Of a stretch of 64,000 nucleotides of DNA, positions 1-15,000 are shown piece by piece. The translations under genes and the position numbers were made by a program. Under the pieces are notes generated by a model. The model was not told the origin of the DNA. It made no database searches and worked only from the letters and a program-made list of their open reading frames with translations. Source of the stretch: Eledone cirrhosa (taxonomy: Eukaryota). The DNA lies in NCBI GenBank assembly GCA_964016885.1, contig OZ024744.1:29016001-29080000 (forward strand), read 5' to 3'. Position 1 is the stretch's first letter, and each line of letters starts with the position of its first letter.

Positions 1-3000
1 TGTCACAACAAAAGCACCCAGCCCACACTGTAAAGTGGTCATGTAGGTGTCACAACAAAACGTACCCAGTCCACACTGTAAACTAGTCATGTAGGTGTCA
101 CAACAAAAAGCACCCAGTCCACACTGTAAAGTGGACATGTAGGTGCCAAAACAAAAAAGTACCCAGTCCACACTCTAAAGTAGTCGTGTAGAAATCACAC
201 CAAAAAACACCCAGTCCACACTGTAAAGTCGTCATGTAGGTGTCACAACAAAAAGCACCCAGTCCACACTATAAATGATCATGTAGAAATAACAACAAAA
301 AGTACCCAGTCCACACTGTAAAGTGGTCATTTAGGTGTCATAACAAAAGTACCCAAACCACACTGTAAGATGGTCATGTAGGTGTCACAACAAAAAGCAC
401 CCTGTCACACTGTAAAGTAGTCATGTAGGTGTCACAACCAAAAGCACCCTGTCCACACTGTAAAATAGTCATGTAGGTGACATAAGAAAAAGCACCCAGT
501 CCACACTGTAAAGTAGTCATGTAGGTGTCACAACAAAAGCACCCAGTCCACACTGCAAAGTGGTCATGTAGCTATCCCAACAAAAAGTACCCAGTCCACA
601 CTGTAAAGTGGTCATGTATGTGCCAAAACAAAAAAGTACCCAGTCCACACTGTAAAGTCGTCATGTAGGTGTCACAACAAAAAGCACCCAGTCCACACTG
701 TAAAGTGGTCATGTAGGTGACACAACAAAAGCACCCAGCCCACACTGTAAAGTGGTCATGTAGGTGTCACAACAAAAAGTACCCAGTCCACACTGTAAAG
801 TAGTCATGTAAGCGTCACAACAAAAAGCACCCAGTCCACACTATAAAGTGGTCATGTACGTTTCACAATAAAAAGTACCCAGTCCACACTGTAAACTAGT
901 CATGTAGCTGTCACAACAAAAAGCACCCAGTCCACCCTGTAAAGTGGACATGTAGGTGCCAAAACAAAAAAGTACCCAGTCCACACTCTAAAGTAGTCGT
1001 GTAGAAATCACACCAAAAAACACCCAGTCCACACTGTAAAGTCGTCATGTAGGTGTTACAACAAAAAGCACCCAGTCCACACTGTAACGTGGTCATGTAG
1101 GTGTCACAACAAAATGCACCCAGTCCTTACTGTAAAGTGGTCATGTAGGCGTCACGACAAAAAGCACCCAGTCCACACTATAAAGTGGTCACGTAGGTGT
1201 CACAACAAAAAGTACCCAGTCCAAACTGTAAAGTATTCATGTAGAGGTCACAACAACAAGCACCCAGTCCACACTATAAAGTAGTCATGAAGATGTCACA
1301 ACAAAAAGCACCCAGTCCACACTGTAAAGTAGTCATGTAGCTGTCACAACAAAAAGCACCCAGTCCACACTGAAAAGTAATCATGTAGGTGTCACAACAA
1401 AAATCACCCAGTCCACACTGTAAAGTAGTCATATTGGTGTCACAACAAAAAGCAACCAGTCCACACTGTAAGGTTGTCATGTAGGTGTCACAACAAAAAG
1501 CACCCAGTCCACACTGTAAAGTGGTCATGTAGGTGTCACAACAGAAAGTACCCAGTCCACACTGTAAAGTGGTAATGTAGGTGTCACAACAAAAAGCACC
1601 CAGTCCACACTGTAAATGATCATGTAGGAGACACAACAAAAAGTACCCAGTCCACACTGTAAAGTGGTCATTTAGGTGTCATAACAAAAAGCACCCAGTC
1701 CAAACTGTAAAGTAGTCATGTAGATGTCACAACCAAAAGCACCCTGTCCACACTGTAAAATAGTCATGTAGGTGACACAAGAAAAAGCACCCAGTCCACA
1801 CTGTAAAGTAGTCATGTAGGTGTCACAACAAAAGCACCCAGTCGACACTGCAAAGTGGTTATGTAGGTGTCACAACAAAAAGTACCCAGTCCACACTGTA
1901 AAGTAGTCATGTAAGCGTCACAACAAAAAGCACCCAGTCCACACTATAAAGTTGTCATGTAGGTGTCACAATAAAAAGTACCCTCCACACTGTAAAGTGT
2001 TCATGTAGGTGTCACAACAAAAAGTACCCAGTCCACACTGTAAAGTAGTCATCTGGGTGTCTCAACAAAATGTACCCAGTCCACACTGTAAAGTAGTCGT
2101 GTAGGTATCACAGCAAAAAACACCCAGTCCACACTGTAAAGTAGCCATGTAGGTGTCACAACAAAAATCACCCAGTCCACACTGTAAAGTGGTGATTTAG
2201 GTGTCATATCAAAGAGGAACCGAGTCCAAACTGTAAAGTAGTCATGTAGAGGTCACAACAAAAAGCACACAGTCCACACTATATAGTAGTCATGAAGATG
2301 TCACAACAAAAAGCACCCAGTCCACACTGTAAAGTAGTCATGTTGGTGTCACAACAAAAAGCAGCCAGTCCACACTCTAAAGTAGTCATGTAGGTGTCAC
2401 AACAAAAAGCACCCAGTCCACACTGTAAAGTGGTCATCTAGGTGTCACAACAAAGAGCACCCAGTCCACAGTGTAAAGTAGTCATGTAGGTGTCACTACA
2501 AAAAGCACCCAGTCCACACTGTAAAGTAGTCATGTAGGTGTCACAACAAAAGCACCCAGTCCACACTGCAAAGTGGTCATGTAGCTATCCCAACAAAAAG
2601 TACCCAGTCCACACTGTAAAGTGGTCATGTATGTGCCAAAACAAAAAAGTACCCAGTCCACACTGTAAAGTCGTCATGTAGCTATCCCAACAAAAAGTAC
2701 CCAGTCCACACTGTAAAGTAGTCATGTAGGTGTCACAACAAAAAGTACCCAGTCCACACAGTAAAGTGGTCATGTAGGTGCAAAAACAAAAGAGTACCCA
2801 GTCCACACTGTAAAGTCGTCATGTAGGTGTCACAACAAAAAGCACCCAGTCCACACTGTAACATGGTCATGTAGGTGTCACAACAAAAAGCACCCAGTCC
2901 ACACTGTAAAGTGGTCATGTAGGTGTCACAACAAAAGCACCCAGCCCACACTGTAAAGTGGTCATGTAGGTGTCACAACAAAACGTACCCAGTCCACACT

Positions 3001-6000
3001 GTAAAGTAGTCATGTAGGCGTCACAACAAAAAGCACCCAGCCCACACTATAAAGTGGTCATGTAGGTGTCACAATAGAAAGTACCCTCCACACTGTAAAG
3101 TGGTCATGTAGGTGTCTCAACAAAAAGTACCCAGTCCACACTGTAAAGTAGTCATGTGGGTGTCTCAACAAAAAGTACCCAGTCCACACTGTAAAGTAGT
3201 CGTGTAGGTATGACAGCAAAAAACACCCAGTCCACACTGTAAAGTAGCCATGTAGGTGTCACAACAAAAGTCTCCCAGTTCACACTGTAAAGTGGTCATT
3301 TAGGTGTCATATCAAAGAGGAACCCAGTCCAAACTGTAAAGTAGTCATGTAGAGGTCACAATAAAAAGCACCCAGTCCACACTATAAAGTAGTCATGAAG
3401 ATGTCACAACAAAAAGCACCCAGTCCACACTGTAAAGTAGTCATGTAGCTGTCACAACAAAAAGCACCCAGTCCACAGTGAAAAGTAATCATGTAGGTGT
3501 CACAACAAAAATCACCCAGTCCACACTGTAAAGTAATCATATTGGTGTCACAACAAAAAGCAGCCAGTCCACACTGTAAAGTGGTCATTTAGGTGTCATA
3601 ACAAAAAGTACCCAAACCACACTGTAAGGTTGTCATGTAGGTGTCACAACAAAAAGCACCCAGTCCACACTGTAAAGTGGTCATGTAGGTGTCACAACAG
3701 AAAGTACCCAGTCCACATTGTAAAGTGGTAATGTAGGTGTCACAACAAAAAGCACCCAGTCCACACTGTAAATGATCATGTAGGAGACACAACAAAAAGT
3801 ACCCAGTCCACACTGTAAAGTGGTCATTTAGGTGTCATAACAAAAAGCACCCAGTCCAAACTGTAAAGTAGTCATGTAGATGTCACAACCAAAAGCACCC
3901 TGTCCACACTGTAAAATAGTCATGTAGGTGACACAAGAAAAAGCACCCAGTCCACACTGTAAAGTAGTCATGTAGGTGTCACAACAAAAGCACCCAGTCG
4001 ACACTGCAAAGTGGTCATGTAGGTGTCACAACAAAAAGTACCCAGTCCACACTGTAAAGTAGTCATGTAAGCGTCACAACAAAAAGCACCCAGTCCACAC
4101 TATAAAGTTGTCATGTAGGTGTCACAATAAAAAGTACCCTCCACACTGTAAAGTGTTCATGTAGGTGTCACAACAAAAAGTACCCAGTCCACACTGTAAA
4201 GTAGTCATGTGGGTGTCTCAACAAAAAGTACCCAGTCCACACTGTAAAGTAGTCGTGTAGGTATCACAGCAAAAAACACCCAGTCCACACTGTAAAGTAG
4301 CCATGTAGGTGTCACAACAAAAATCACCCAGTCCACACTGTAAAGTGGTGATTTAGGTGTCATATCAAAGAGAAACCGAGTCCAAACTGTAAAGTAGTCA
4401 TGTAGAGGTCACAACAAAAAGCACCCAGTCCACACTATAAAGTAGTCATGAAGATGTCACAACAAAAAGCACCCAGTCCACACTGTAAAGTAGTCATGTT
4501 GGTGTCACAACAAAAAGCAGCCAGTCCACACTCTAAAGTAGTCATGTAGGTGTCACAACAAAAAGCACCCAGTCCACACTGTAAAGTGGTCATCTAGGTG
4601 TCACAACAAAGAGCACCCAGTCCACAGTGTAAAGTGGTCATGTATGTGCCAAAACAAAAAAGTACCCAGTCCACACTGTAAAGTCGTCATGTAGCTATCC
4701 CAACAAAAAGTACCCAGTCCACACTGTAAAGTAGTCATGTAGGTGTCACAACAAAAAGTACCCAGTCCACACAGTAAAGTGGTCATGTAGGTGCAAAAAC
4801 AAAAGAGTACCCAGTCCACACTGTAAAGTCGTCATGTAGGTGTCACAACAAAAAGCACCCAGTCCACACTGTAACATGGTCATGTAGGTGTCACAACAAA
4901 AAGCACCCAGTCCACACTGTAAAGTGGTCATGTAGGTGTCACAACAAAAGCACCCAGCCCACACTGTAAAGTGGTCATGTAGGTGTCACAACAAAACGTA
5001 CCCAGTCCACACTGTAAACTAGTCATGTAGGTGTCACAACAAAAAGCACCCAGTCCACACTGTAAAGTGGACATGTAGGTGCCAAAACAAAAAAGTACCC
5101 AGTCCACACTCTAAAGTAGTCGTGTAGAAATCACACCAAAAAACACCCAGTCCACACTGTAAAGTCGTCATGTAGGTGTCACAACAAAAAGCACCCAGTC
5201 CACACTATAAATGATCATGTAGAAATAACAACAAAAAGTACCCAGTCCACACTGTAAAGTGGTCATTTAGGTGTCATAACAAAAGTACCCAAACCACACT
5301 GTAAGATGGTCATGTAGGTGTCACAACAAAAAGCACCCTGTCACACTGTAAAGTAGTCATGTAGGTGTCACAACCAAAAGCACCCTGTCCACACTGTAAA
5401 ATAGTCATGTAGGTGACATAAGAAAAAGCACCCAGTCCACACTGTAAAGTAGTCATGTAGGTGTCACAACAAAAGCACCCAGTCCACACTGCAAAGTGGT
5501 CATGTAGCTATCCCAACAAAAAGTACCCAGTCCACACTGTAAAGTGGTCATGTATGTGCCAAAACAAAAAAGTACCCAGTCCACACTGTAAAGTCGTCAT
5601 GTAGGTGTCACAACAAAAAGCACCCAGTCCACACTGTAAAGTGGTCATGTAGGTGACACAACAAAAGCACCCAGCCCACACTGTAAAGTGGTCATGTAGG
5701 TGTCACAACAAAAAGTACCCAGTCCACACTGTAAAGTAGTCATGTAAGCGTCACAACAAAAAGCACCCAGTCCACACTATAAAGTGGTCATGTACGTTTC
5801 ACAATAAAAAGTACCCAGTCCACACTGTAAACTAGTCATGTAGCTGTCACAACAAAAAGCACCCAGTCCACCCTGTAAAGTGGACATGTAGGTGCCAAAA
5901 CAAAAAAGTACCCAGTCCACACTCTAAAGTAGTCGTGTAGAAATCACACCAAAAAACACCCAGTCCACACTGTAAAGTCGTCATGTAGGTGTTACAACAA

Positions 6001-9000
6001 AAAGCACCCAGTCCACACTGTAACGTGGTCATGTAGGTGTCACAACAAAATGCACCCAGTCCTTACTGTAAAGTGGTCATGTAGGCGTCACGACAAAAAG
6101 CACCCAGTCCACACTATAAAGTGGTCACGTAGGTGTCACAACAAAAAGTACCCAGTCCAAACTGTAAAGTATTCATGTAGAGGTCACAACAACAAGCACC
6201 CAGTCCACACTATAAAGTAGTCATGAAGATGTCACAACAAAAAGCACCCAGTCCACACTGTAAAGTAGTCATGTAGCTGTCACAACAAAAAGCACCCAGT
6301 CCACACTGAAAAGTAATCATGTAGGTGTCACAACAAAAATCACCCAGTCCACACTGTAAAGTAGTCATGTTGGTGTCACAACAAAAAGCAGCCAGTCCAC
6401 ACTGTAAATTGGTCATTTAGGTGTCATAACAAAAAGTACCCAAACCACACTGTAAGGTGGTCATGTAGGTGTCACAACGAAAAGCACCCAGTCACACTGT
6501 AAAGTGGTCATGTAGGTTTCACGACAAAAAGGACCCAGTCCACACTGTAAAGTGGTCATGTATGTGTCACAACAGAAAGTACCCAGTCCACACTGTAAAG
6601 TGGTAACGTAGGTGTCACAACAAAAAGCACCCAGTCCACACTGTAAATGATCATGTAGAAATCACAACAAAAAGTACCCAGTCCACACTGTAAAGTGGTC
6701 ATTTAGGTGTCATAACAAAAGTACCCAAACCACACTGTAAGATGGTCATGTAGGTGTCACAACAAAAAGCACCCTGTCACACTGTAAAGAAGTCATGTAG
6801 GTGTCACAACCAAAAGCACACTGTCCACACTGTAAAATAGTCATGTAGGTGACACAAGAAAAAGCACCCAGTCCACACTGTAAAGTAGTCATGTAGGTGT
6901 CACAACAAAAGTACCCAGTCCACACTGCAAAGTGGTCATGTAGGTGTCACAACAAAAAGTACCCAGTCCACACTGTAAAGTAGTCATGTAGGCGTCACAA
7001 CAAAAAGCACCCAGCCCACACTATAAAGTGGTCATGTAGGTGTCACAATAGAAAGTACCCTCCACACTGTAAAGTGGTCATGTAGGTGTCACAACAAAAA
7101 GCACTCATTCCACACTGTAAAGTGGTCATGTAGGTGTCTCAACAAAAAGTACCCAGTCCACACTGTAAAGTAGTCATGTGGGTGTCTCAACAAAAAGTAC
7201 CCAGTCCACACTGTAAAGTAGTCGTGTAGGTATGACAGCAAAAAACACCCAGTCCACACTGTAAAGTAGCCATGTAGGTGTCACAACAAAAGTCTCCCAG
7301 TTCACACTGTAAAGTGGTCATTTAGGTGTCATATCAAAGAGGAACCCAGTCCAAACTGTAAAGTAGTCATGTAGAGGTCACAATAAAAAGCACCCAGTCC
7401 ACACTATAAAGTAGTCATGAAGATGTCACAACAAAAAGCACCCAGTCCACACTGTAAAGTAGTCATGTAGCTGTCACAACAAAAAGCACCCAGTCCACAG
7501 TGAAAAGTAATCATGTAGGTGTCACAACAAAAATCACCCAGTCCACACTGTAAAGTAGTCATATTGGTGTCACAACAAAAAGCAGCCAGTCCACACGGTA
7601 AAGTGGTCATTTAGGTGTCATAACAAAAAGTACCCAAACCACACTGTAAGGTTGTCATGTAGGTGTCACAACAAAAAGCACCCAGTCCACACTGTAAAGT
7701 GGTCATGTAGGTGTCACAACAGAAAGTACCCAGTCCACACTGTAAAGTGGTAATGTAGGTGTCACAACAAAAAGCACCCAGTCCACACTGTAAATGATCA
7801 TGTAGGAGACACAACAAAAAGTACCCAGTCCACACTGTAAAGTGGTCATTTAGGTGTCATAACAAAAAGCACCCAGTCCAAACTGTAAAGTAGTCATGTA
7901 GATGTCACAACCAAAAGCACCCTGTCCACACTGTAAAATAGTCATGTAGGTGACACAAGAAAAAGCACCCAGTCCACACTGTAAAGTAGTCATGTAGGTG
8001 TCACAACAAAAGCACCCAGTCGACACTGCAAAGTGGTTATGTAGGTGTCACAACAAAAAGTACCCAGTCCACACTGTAAAGTAGTCATGTAAGCGTCACA
8101 ACAAAAAGCACCCAGTCCACACTATAAAGTTGTCATGTAGGTGTCACAATAAAAAGTACCCTCCACACTGTAAAGTGTTCATGTAGGTGTCACAACAAAA
8201 AGTACCCAGTCCACACTGTAAAGTAGTCATCTGGGTGTCTCAACAAAATGTACCCAGTCCACACTGTAAAGTAGTCGTGTAGGTATCACAGCAAAAAACA
8301 CCCAGTCCACACTGTAAAGTAGCCATGTAGGTGTCACAACAAAAATCACCCAGTCCACACTGTAAAGTGGTGATTTAGGTGTCATATCAAAGAGGAACCG
8401 AGTCCAAACTGTAAAGTAGTCATGTAGAGGTCACAACAAAAAGCACACAGTCCACACTATATAGTAGTCATGAAGATGTCACAACAAAAAGCACCCAGTC
8501 CACACTGTAAAGTAGTCATGTTGGTGTCACAACAAAAAGCAGCCAGTCCACACTCTAAAGTAGTCATGTAGGTGTCACAACAAAAAGCACCCAGTCCACA
8601 CTGTAAAGTGGTCATCTAGGTGTCACAACAAAGAGCACCCAGTCCACAGTGTAAAGTAGTCATGTAGGTGTCACTACAAAAAGCACCCAGTCCACACTGT
8701 AAAGTAGTCATGTAGGTGTCACAACAAAAGCACCCAGTCCACACTGCAAAGTGGTCATGTAGCTATCCCAACAAAAAGTACCCAGTCCACACTGTAAAGT
8801 GGTCATGTATGTGCCAAAACAAAAAAGTACCCAGTCCACACTGTAAAGTCGTCATGTAGCTATCCCAACAAAAAGTACCCAGTCCACACTGTAAAGTAGT
8901 CATGTAGGTGTCACAACAAAAAGTACCCAGTCCACACAGTAAAGTGGTCATGTAGGTGCAAAAACAAAAGAGTACCCAGTCCACACTGTAAAGTCGTCAT

Positions 9001-12000
9001 GTAGGTGTCACAACAAAAAGCACCCAGTCCACACTGTAACATGGTCATGTAGGTGTCACAACAAAAAGCACCCAGTCCACACTGTAAAGTGGTCATGTAG
9101 GTGTCACAACAAAAGCACCCAGCCCACACTGTAAAGTGGTCATGTAGGTGTCACAACAAAACGTACCCAGTCCACACTGTAAACTAGTCATGTAGGTGTC
9201 ACAACAAAAAGCACCCAGTCCACACTGTAAAGTGGACATGTAGGTGCCAAAACAAAAAAGTACCCAGTCCACACTCTAAAGTAGTCGTGTAGAAATCACA
9301 CCAAAAAACACCCAGTCCACACTGTAAAGTCGTCATGTAGGTGTCACAACAAAAAGCACCCAGTCCACACTATAAATGATCATGTAGAAATCACAACAAA
9401 AAGTACCCAGTCCACACTGTAAAGTGGTCATTTAGGTGTCATAACAAAAGTACCCAAACCACACTGTAAGATGGTCATGTAGGTGTCACAACAAAAAGCA
9501 CCCTGTCACACTGTAAAGTAGTCATGTAGGTGTCACAACCAAAAGCACACTGTCCACACTGTAAAATAGTCATGTAGGTGACACAAGAAAAAGCACCCAG
9601 TCCACACTGTAAAGTAGTCATGTAGGTGTCGCAACAAAAGTACCCAGTCCACACTGCAAAGTGGTAATGTAGGTGTCACAACAAAAAGTACCCAGTCCAC
9701 ACTGTAAAGTAGTCATGTAGGCGTCACAACAAAAAGCACCCAGCCCACACTATAAAGTGGTCATGTAGGTGTCACAATAGAAAGTACCCTCCACACTGTA
9801 AAGTGGTCATGTAGGTGTCTCAACAAAAAGTACCCAGTCCACACTGTAAAGTAGTCATGTGGGTGTCTCAACAAAAAGTACCCAGTCCACACTGTAAAGT
9901 AGTCGTGTAGGTATGACAGCAAAAAACACCCAGTCCACACTGTAAAGTAGCCATGTAGGTGTCACAACAAAAGTCTCCCAGTTCACACTGTAAAGTGGTC
10001 ATTTAGGTGTCATATCAAAGAGGAACCCAGTCCAAACTGTAAAGTAGTCATGTAGAGGTCACAATAAAAAGCACCCAGTCCACACTATAAAGTAGTCATG
10101 AAGATGTCACAACAAAAAGCACCCAGTCCACACTGTAAAGTAGTCATGTAGCTGTCACAACAAAAAGCACCCAGTCCACAGTGAAAAGTAATCATGTAGG
10201 TGTCACAACAAAAATCACCCAGTCCACACGGTAAAGTAATCATATTGGTGTCACAACAAAAAGCAGCCAGTCCACACTGTAAAGTGGTCATTTAGGTGTC
10301 ATAACAAAAAGTACCCAAACCACACTGTAAGGTTGTCATGTAGGTGTCACAACAAAAAGCACCCAGTCCACACTGTAAAGTGGTCATGTAGGTGTCACAA
10401 CAGAAAGTACCCAGTCCACATTGTAAAGTGGTAATGTAGGTGTCACAACAAAAAGCACCCAGTCCACACTGTAAATGATCATGTAGGAGACACAACAAAA
10501 AGTACCCAGTCCACACTGTAAAGTGGTCATTTAGGTGTCATAACAAAAGTACCCAAACCACACTGTAAGATGGTCATTTAGGTGTCATAACAAAAAGCAC
10601 CCAGTCCAAACTGTAAAGTAGTCATGTAGATGTCACAACCAAAAGCACCCTCTCCACACTGTAAAATAGTCATGTAGGTGACACAAGAAAAAGCACCCAG
10701 TCCACACTGTAAAGTAGTCATGTAGGTGTCACAACAAAAGCACCCAGTCGACACTGCAAAGTGGTCATGTAGGTGTCACAACAAAAAGTACCCAGTCCAC
10801 ACTGTAAAGTAGTCATGTAAGCGTCACAACAAAAAGCACCCAGTCCACACTATAAAGTTGTCATGTAGGTGTCACAATAAAAAGTACCCTCCACACTGTA
10901 AAGTGTTCATGTAGGTGTCACAACAAAAAGTACCCAGTCCACACTGTAAAGTAGTCATGTGGGTGTCTCAACAAAAAGTACCCAGTCCACACTGTAAAGT
11001 AGTCGTGTAGGTATCACAGCAAAAAACACCCAGTCCACACTGTAAAGTAGCCATGTAGGTGTCACAACAAAAATCACCCAGTCCACACTGTAAAGTGGTG
11101 ATTTAGGTGTCATATCAAAGAGGAACCGAGTCCAAACTGTAAAGTAGTCATGTAGAGGTCACAACAAAAAGCACCCAGTCCACACTATAAAGTAGTCATG
11201 AAGATGTCACAACAAAAAGCACCCAGTCCACACTGTAAAGTAGTCATGTTGGTGTCACAACAAAAAGCAGCCAGTCCACGCTCTAAAGTAGTCATGTAGG
11301 TGTCACAACAAAAAGCACCCAGTCCACAGTGTAAAGTGGTCATGTATGTGCCAAAACAAAAAAGTACCCAGTCCACACTGTAAAGTCGTCATGTAGCTAT
11401 CCCAACAAAAAGTACCCAGTCCACACTGTAAAGTAGTCATGTAGGTGTCACAACAAAAAGTACCCAGTCCACACAGTAAAGTGGTCATGTAGGTGCAAAA
11501 ACAAAAGAGTACCCAGTCCACACTGTAAAGTCGTCATGTAGGTGTCACAACAAAAAGCACCCAGTCCACACTGTAACATGGTCATGTAGGTGTCACAACA
11601 AAAAGCACCCAGTCCACACTGTAAAGTGGTCATGTAGGTGTCACAACAAAAGCACCCAGCCCACACTGTAAAGTGGTCATGTAGGTGTCACAACAAAACG
11701 TACCCAGTCCACACTGTAAACTAGTCATGTAGGTGTCACAACAAAAAGCACCCAGTCCACACTGTAAAGTGGACATGTAGGTGCCAAAACAAAAAAGTAC
11801 CCAGTCCACACTCTAAAGTAGTCGTGTAGAAATCACACCAAAAAACACTCAGTCCACACTGTAAAGTCGTCATATAGGTGTCACAACAAAAAGCACCCAG
11901 TCCACACTGTAACGTGGTCATGTAGGTGTCACAACAAAAAGCACCCAGTCCACACTGTAAAGTGGTCATGTAGGTGTCACAACAAAAGCTCCCAGCCCAC

Positions 12001-15000
12001 ACTGTAAAGTGGTCATGTAAGTGTCACAACAAGAAGTACCCAATCCACACTGTAAAGTAGTCATGTAAGTGTCTCAACAAAAAGTACCCAGTCCACACTG
12101 TAAAGTAGTCGTGTAGGTATCACAGCAAAAAACACCCAGTCCACACTGTAAAGTAGCCATGTAGGTGTCACAACAAAAATATGACAGTCCACACTGTAAA
12201 GTGGTCATTTAGGTGTCATATCAAAGAGGAACCCAGTCCAAACTGTAAAGTAGTCATGTAGAGGTCACAACAACAAGCACCCAGTCCACACTATAAAGTA
12301 GTCATGAAGATTTCACAACAAAAAGCACCCAGTCCACACTGTAAATTAGTCATGTAGCTGTCACAACAAAAAGCACCCAGTCCACACTGAAAAGTAATCA
12401 TGTAGGTGTCACAACAAAAATCACCCAGTCCACACTGTAAAGTAGTCATGTTGGTGTCACAACAAAAAGCAGCCAGTCCACACTGTAAAGTGGTCATTTA
12501 GGTGTCATAACAAAAAGTACCCAAACCACACTGTAAGGTGGTCATGTAGGTGTCACAACGAAAAGCACCCAGACACACTGTAAAGTGGTCATGTAGGTGT
12601 CACAAAAAAAGGACCCAGTCCACACTGTAAAGTGGTCATGTAGGTGTCACAACAGAAAGTACCCAATCCACACTTTAAAGTGGTAACGTAGGTGTCACAA
12701 CAAAATGCACCCAGTCCACACTGTAAATGATCATGTAGGAGTCACAACAAAAAGTACCCAGTCCACACTGTAAAGTGGTCATTTAGGTGTCATAACAAAA
12801 AGTACCCAAACCACACTGTAAGATGGTCATGTAGGTGTCACAACAAAAAGCACCCAGTCCACACTGTAAAGTAGTCATGTAGGCGTCACAATAAAAAGCA
12901 CCCAGTCCACACTGTAAAGTGGTCATGTAGGTGTCTCAACAAAAAGTAACCAATCCACACTGTAAAGTGGTCATTTAGGTGTCACAACAAAATGTACCCA
13001 GTCCACACTGTAAGGTGGTCATTTAGGTGTCACAACAAAAAGCACCCAGTCCACACTGTAAAGTGGTCATTTATGTGTCACAACAAAAAGTACCCAGTCC
13101 ACACTGTAAAGTGGTCATGTAGGTGTCTCAACAGAAAGTACCCAATCCACACTGTAAAGTAGTCATGTAGGTGTCAAAACAAAAATCACCCAATCCGCAC
13201 TGTAAAGTGGTCATGTAGATGTCACAACAAAAGCACCCAGTCCACACTTTAAAGTGGTCATGTAGGTGTCACAACAAAAAGTACCCAGTCCACACTGTAA
13301 AGTTGTCATGTAGGCGTCACAACAAAAAGCACCTGGTCCACACTGTAAAGTGGTCATGTAGGTGTCACAACAAAATGTACCCAGTCCACACTGTAGAGTA
13401 GTCATGTAGGTGTCACAACAAAAAGTACCCAGTCCACACCGTAAAGTGGTCATGTAGGTGCACAACAAACAGTACCCAGTCCACACTGTAAAGTGGGCAT
13501 GTAGGTGTCACAACAAAACGCACCCAGTCCACACTGTAAAGTGGTCATGTAGGTGTCTCAACAAAAAGTACCCAGTCCACACTGTAAAGTAGTCATGTGG
13601 GTGTCTCAACAAAAAGTACCCAGTCCACACTGTAAAGTAGTCGTGTAGGTATGACAGCAAAAAACACCCAGTCCACACTGTAAAGTAGCCATGTAGGTGT
13701 CACAACAAAAGTCTCCCAGTTCACACTGTAAAGTGGTCATTTAGGTGTCATATCAAAGAGGAACCCAGTCCAAACTGTAAAGTAGTCATGTAGAGGTCAC
13801 AATAAAAAGCACCCAGTCCACACTATAAAGTAGTCATGAAGATGTCACAACAAAAAGCACCCAGTCCACACTGTAAAGTAGTCATGTAGCTGTCACAACA
13901 AAAAGCACCCAGTCCACAGTGAAAAGTAATCATGTAGGTGTCACAACAAAAATCACCCAGTCCACACGGTAAAGTAATCATATTGGTGTCACAACAAAAA
14001 GCAGCCAGTCCACACTGTAAAGTGGTCATTTAGGTGTCATAACAAAAAGTACCCAAACCACACTGTAAGGTTGTCATGTAGGTGTCACAACAAAAAGCAC
14101 CCAGTCCACACTGTAAAGTGGTCATGTAGGTGTCACAACAGAAAGTACCCAGTCCACATTGTAAAGTGGTAATGTAGGTGTCACAACAAAAAGCACCCAG
14201 TCCACACTGTAAATGATCATGTAGGAGACACAACAAAAAGTACCCAGTCCACACTGTAAAGTGGTCATTTAGGTGTCATAACAAAAGTACCCAAACCACA
14301 CTGTAAGATGGTCATTTAGGTGTCATAACAAAAAGCACCCAGTCCAAACTGTAAAGTAGTCATGTAGATGTCACAACCAAAAGCACCCTCTCCACACTGT
14401 AAAATAGTCATGTAGGTGACACAAGAAAAAGCACCCAGTCCACACTGTAAAGTAGTCATGTAGGTGTCACAACAAAAGCACCCAGTCGACACTGCAAAGT
14501 GGTCATGTAGGTGTCACAACAAAAAGTACCCAGTCCACACTGTAAAGTAGTCATGTAAGCGTCACAACAAAAAGCACCCAGTCCACACTATAAAGTTGTC
14601 ATGTAGGTGTCACAATAAAAAGTACCCTCCACACTGTAAAGTGTTCATGTAGGTGTCACAACAAAAAGTACCCAGTCCACACTGTAAAGTAGTCATGTGG
14701 GTGTCTCAACAAAAAGTACCCAGTCCACACTGTAAAGTAGTCGTGTAGGTATCACAGCAAAAAACACCCAGTCCACACTGTAAAGTAGCCATGTAGGTGT
14801 CACAACAAAAATCACCCAGTCCACACTGTAAAGTGGTGATTTAGGTGTCATATCAAAGAGGAACCGAGTCCAAACTGTAAAGTAGTCATGTAGAGGTCAC
14901 AACAAAAAGCACCCAGTCCACACTATAAAGTAGTCATGAAGATGTCACAACAAAAAGCACCCAGTCCACACTGTAAAGTAGTCATGTTGGTGTCACAACA

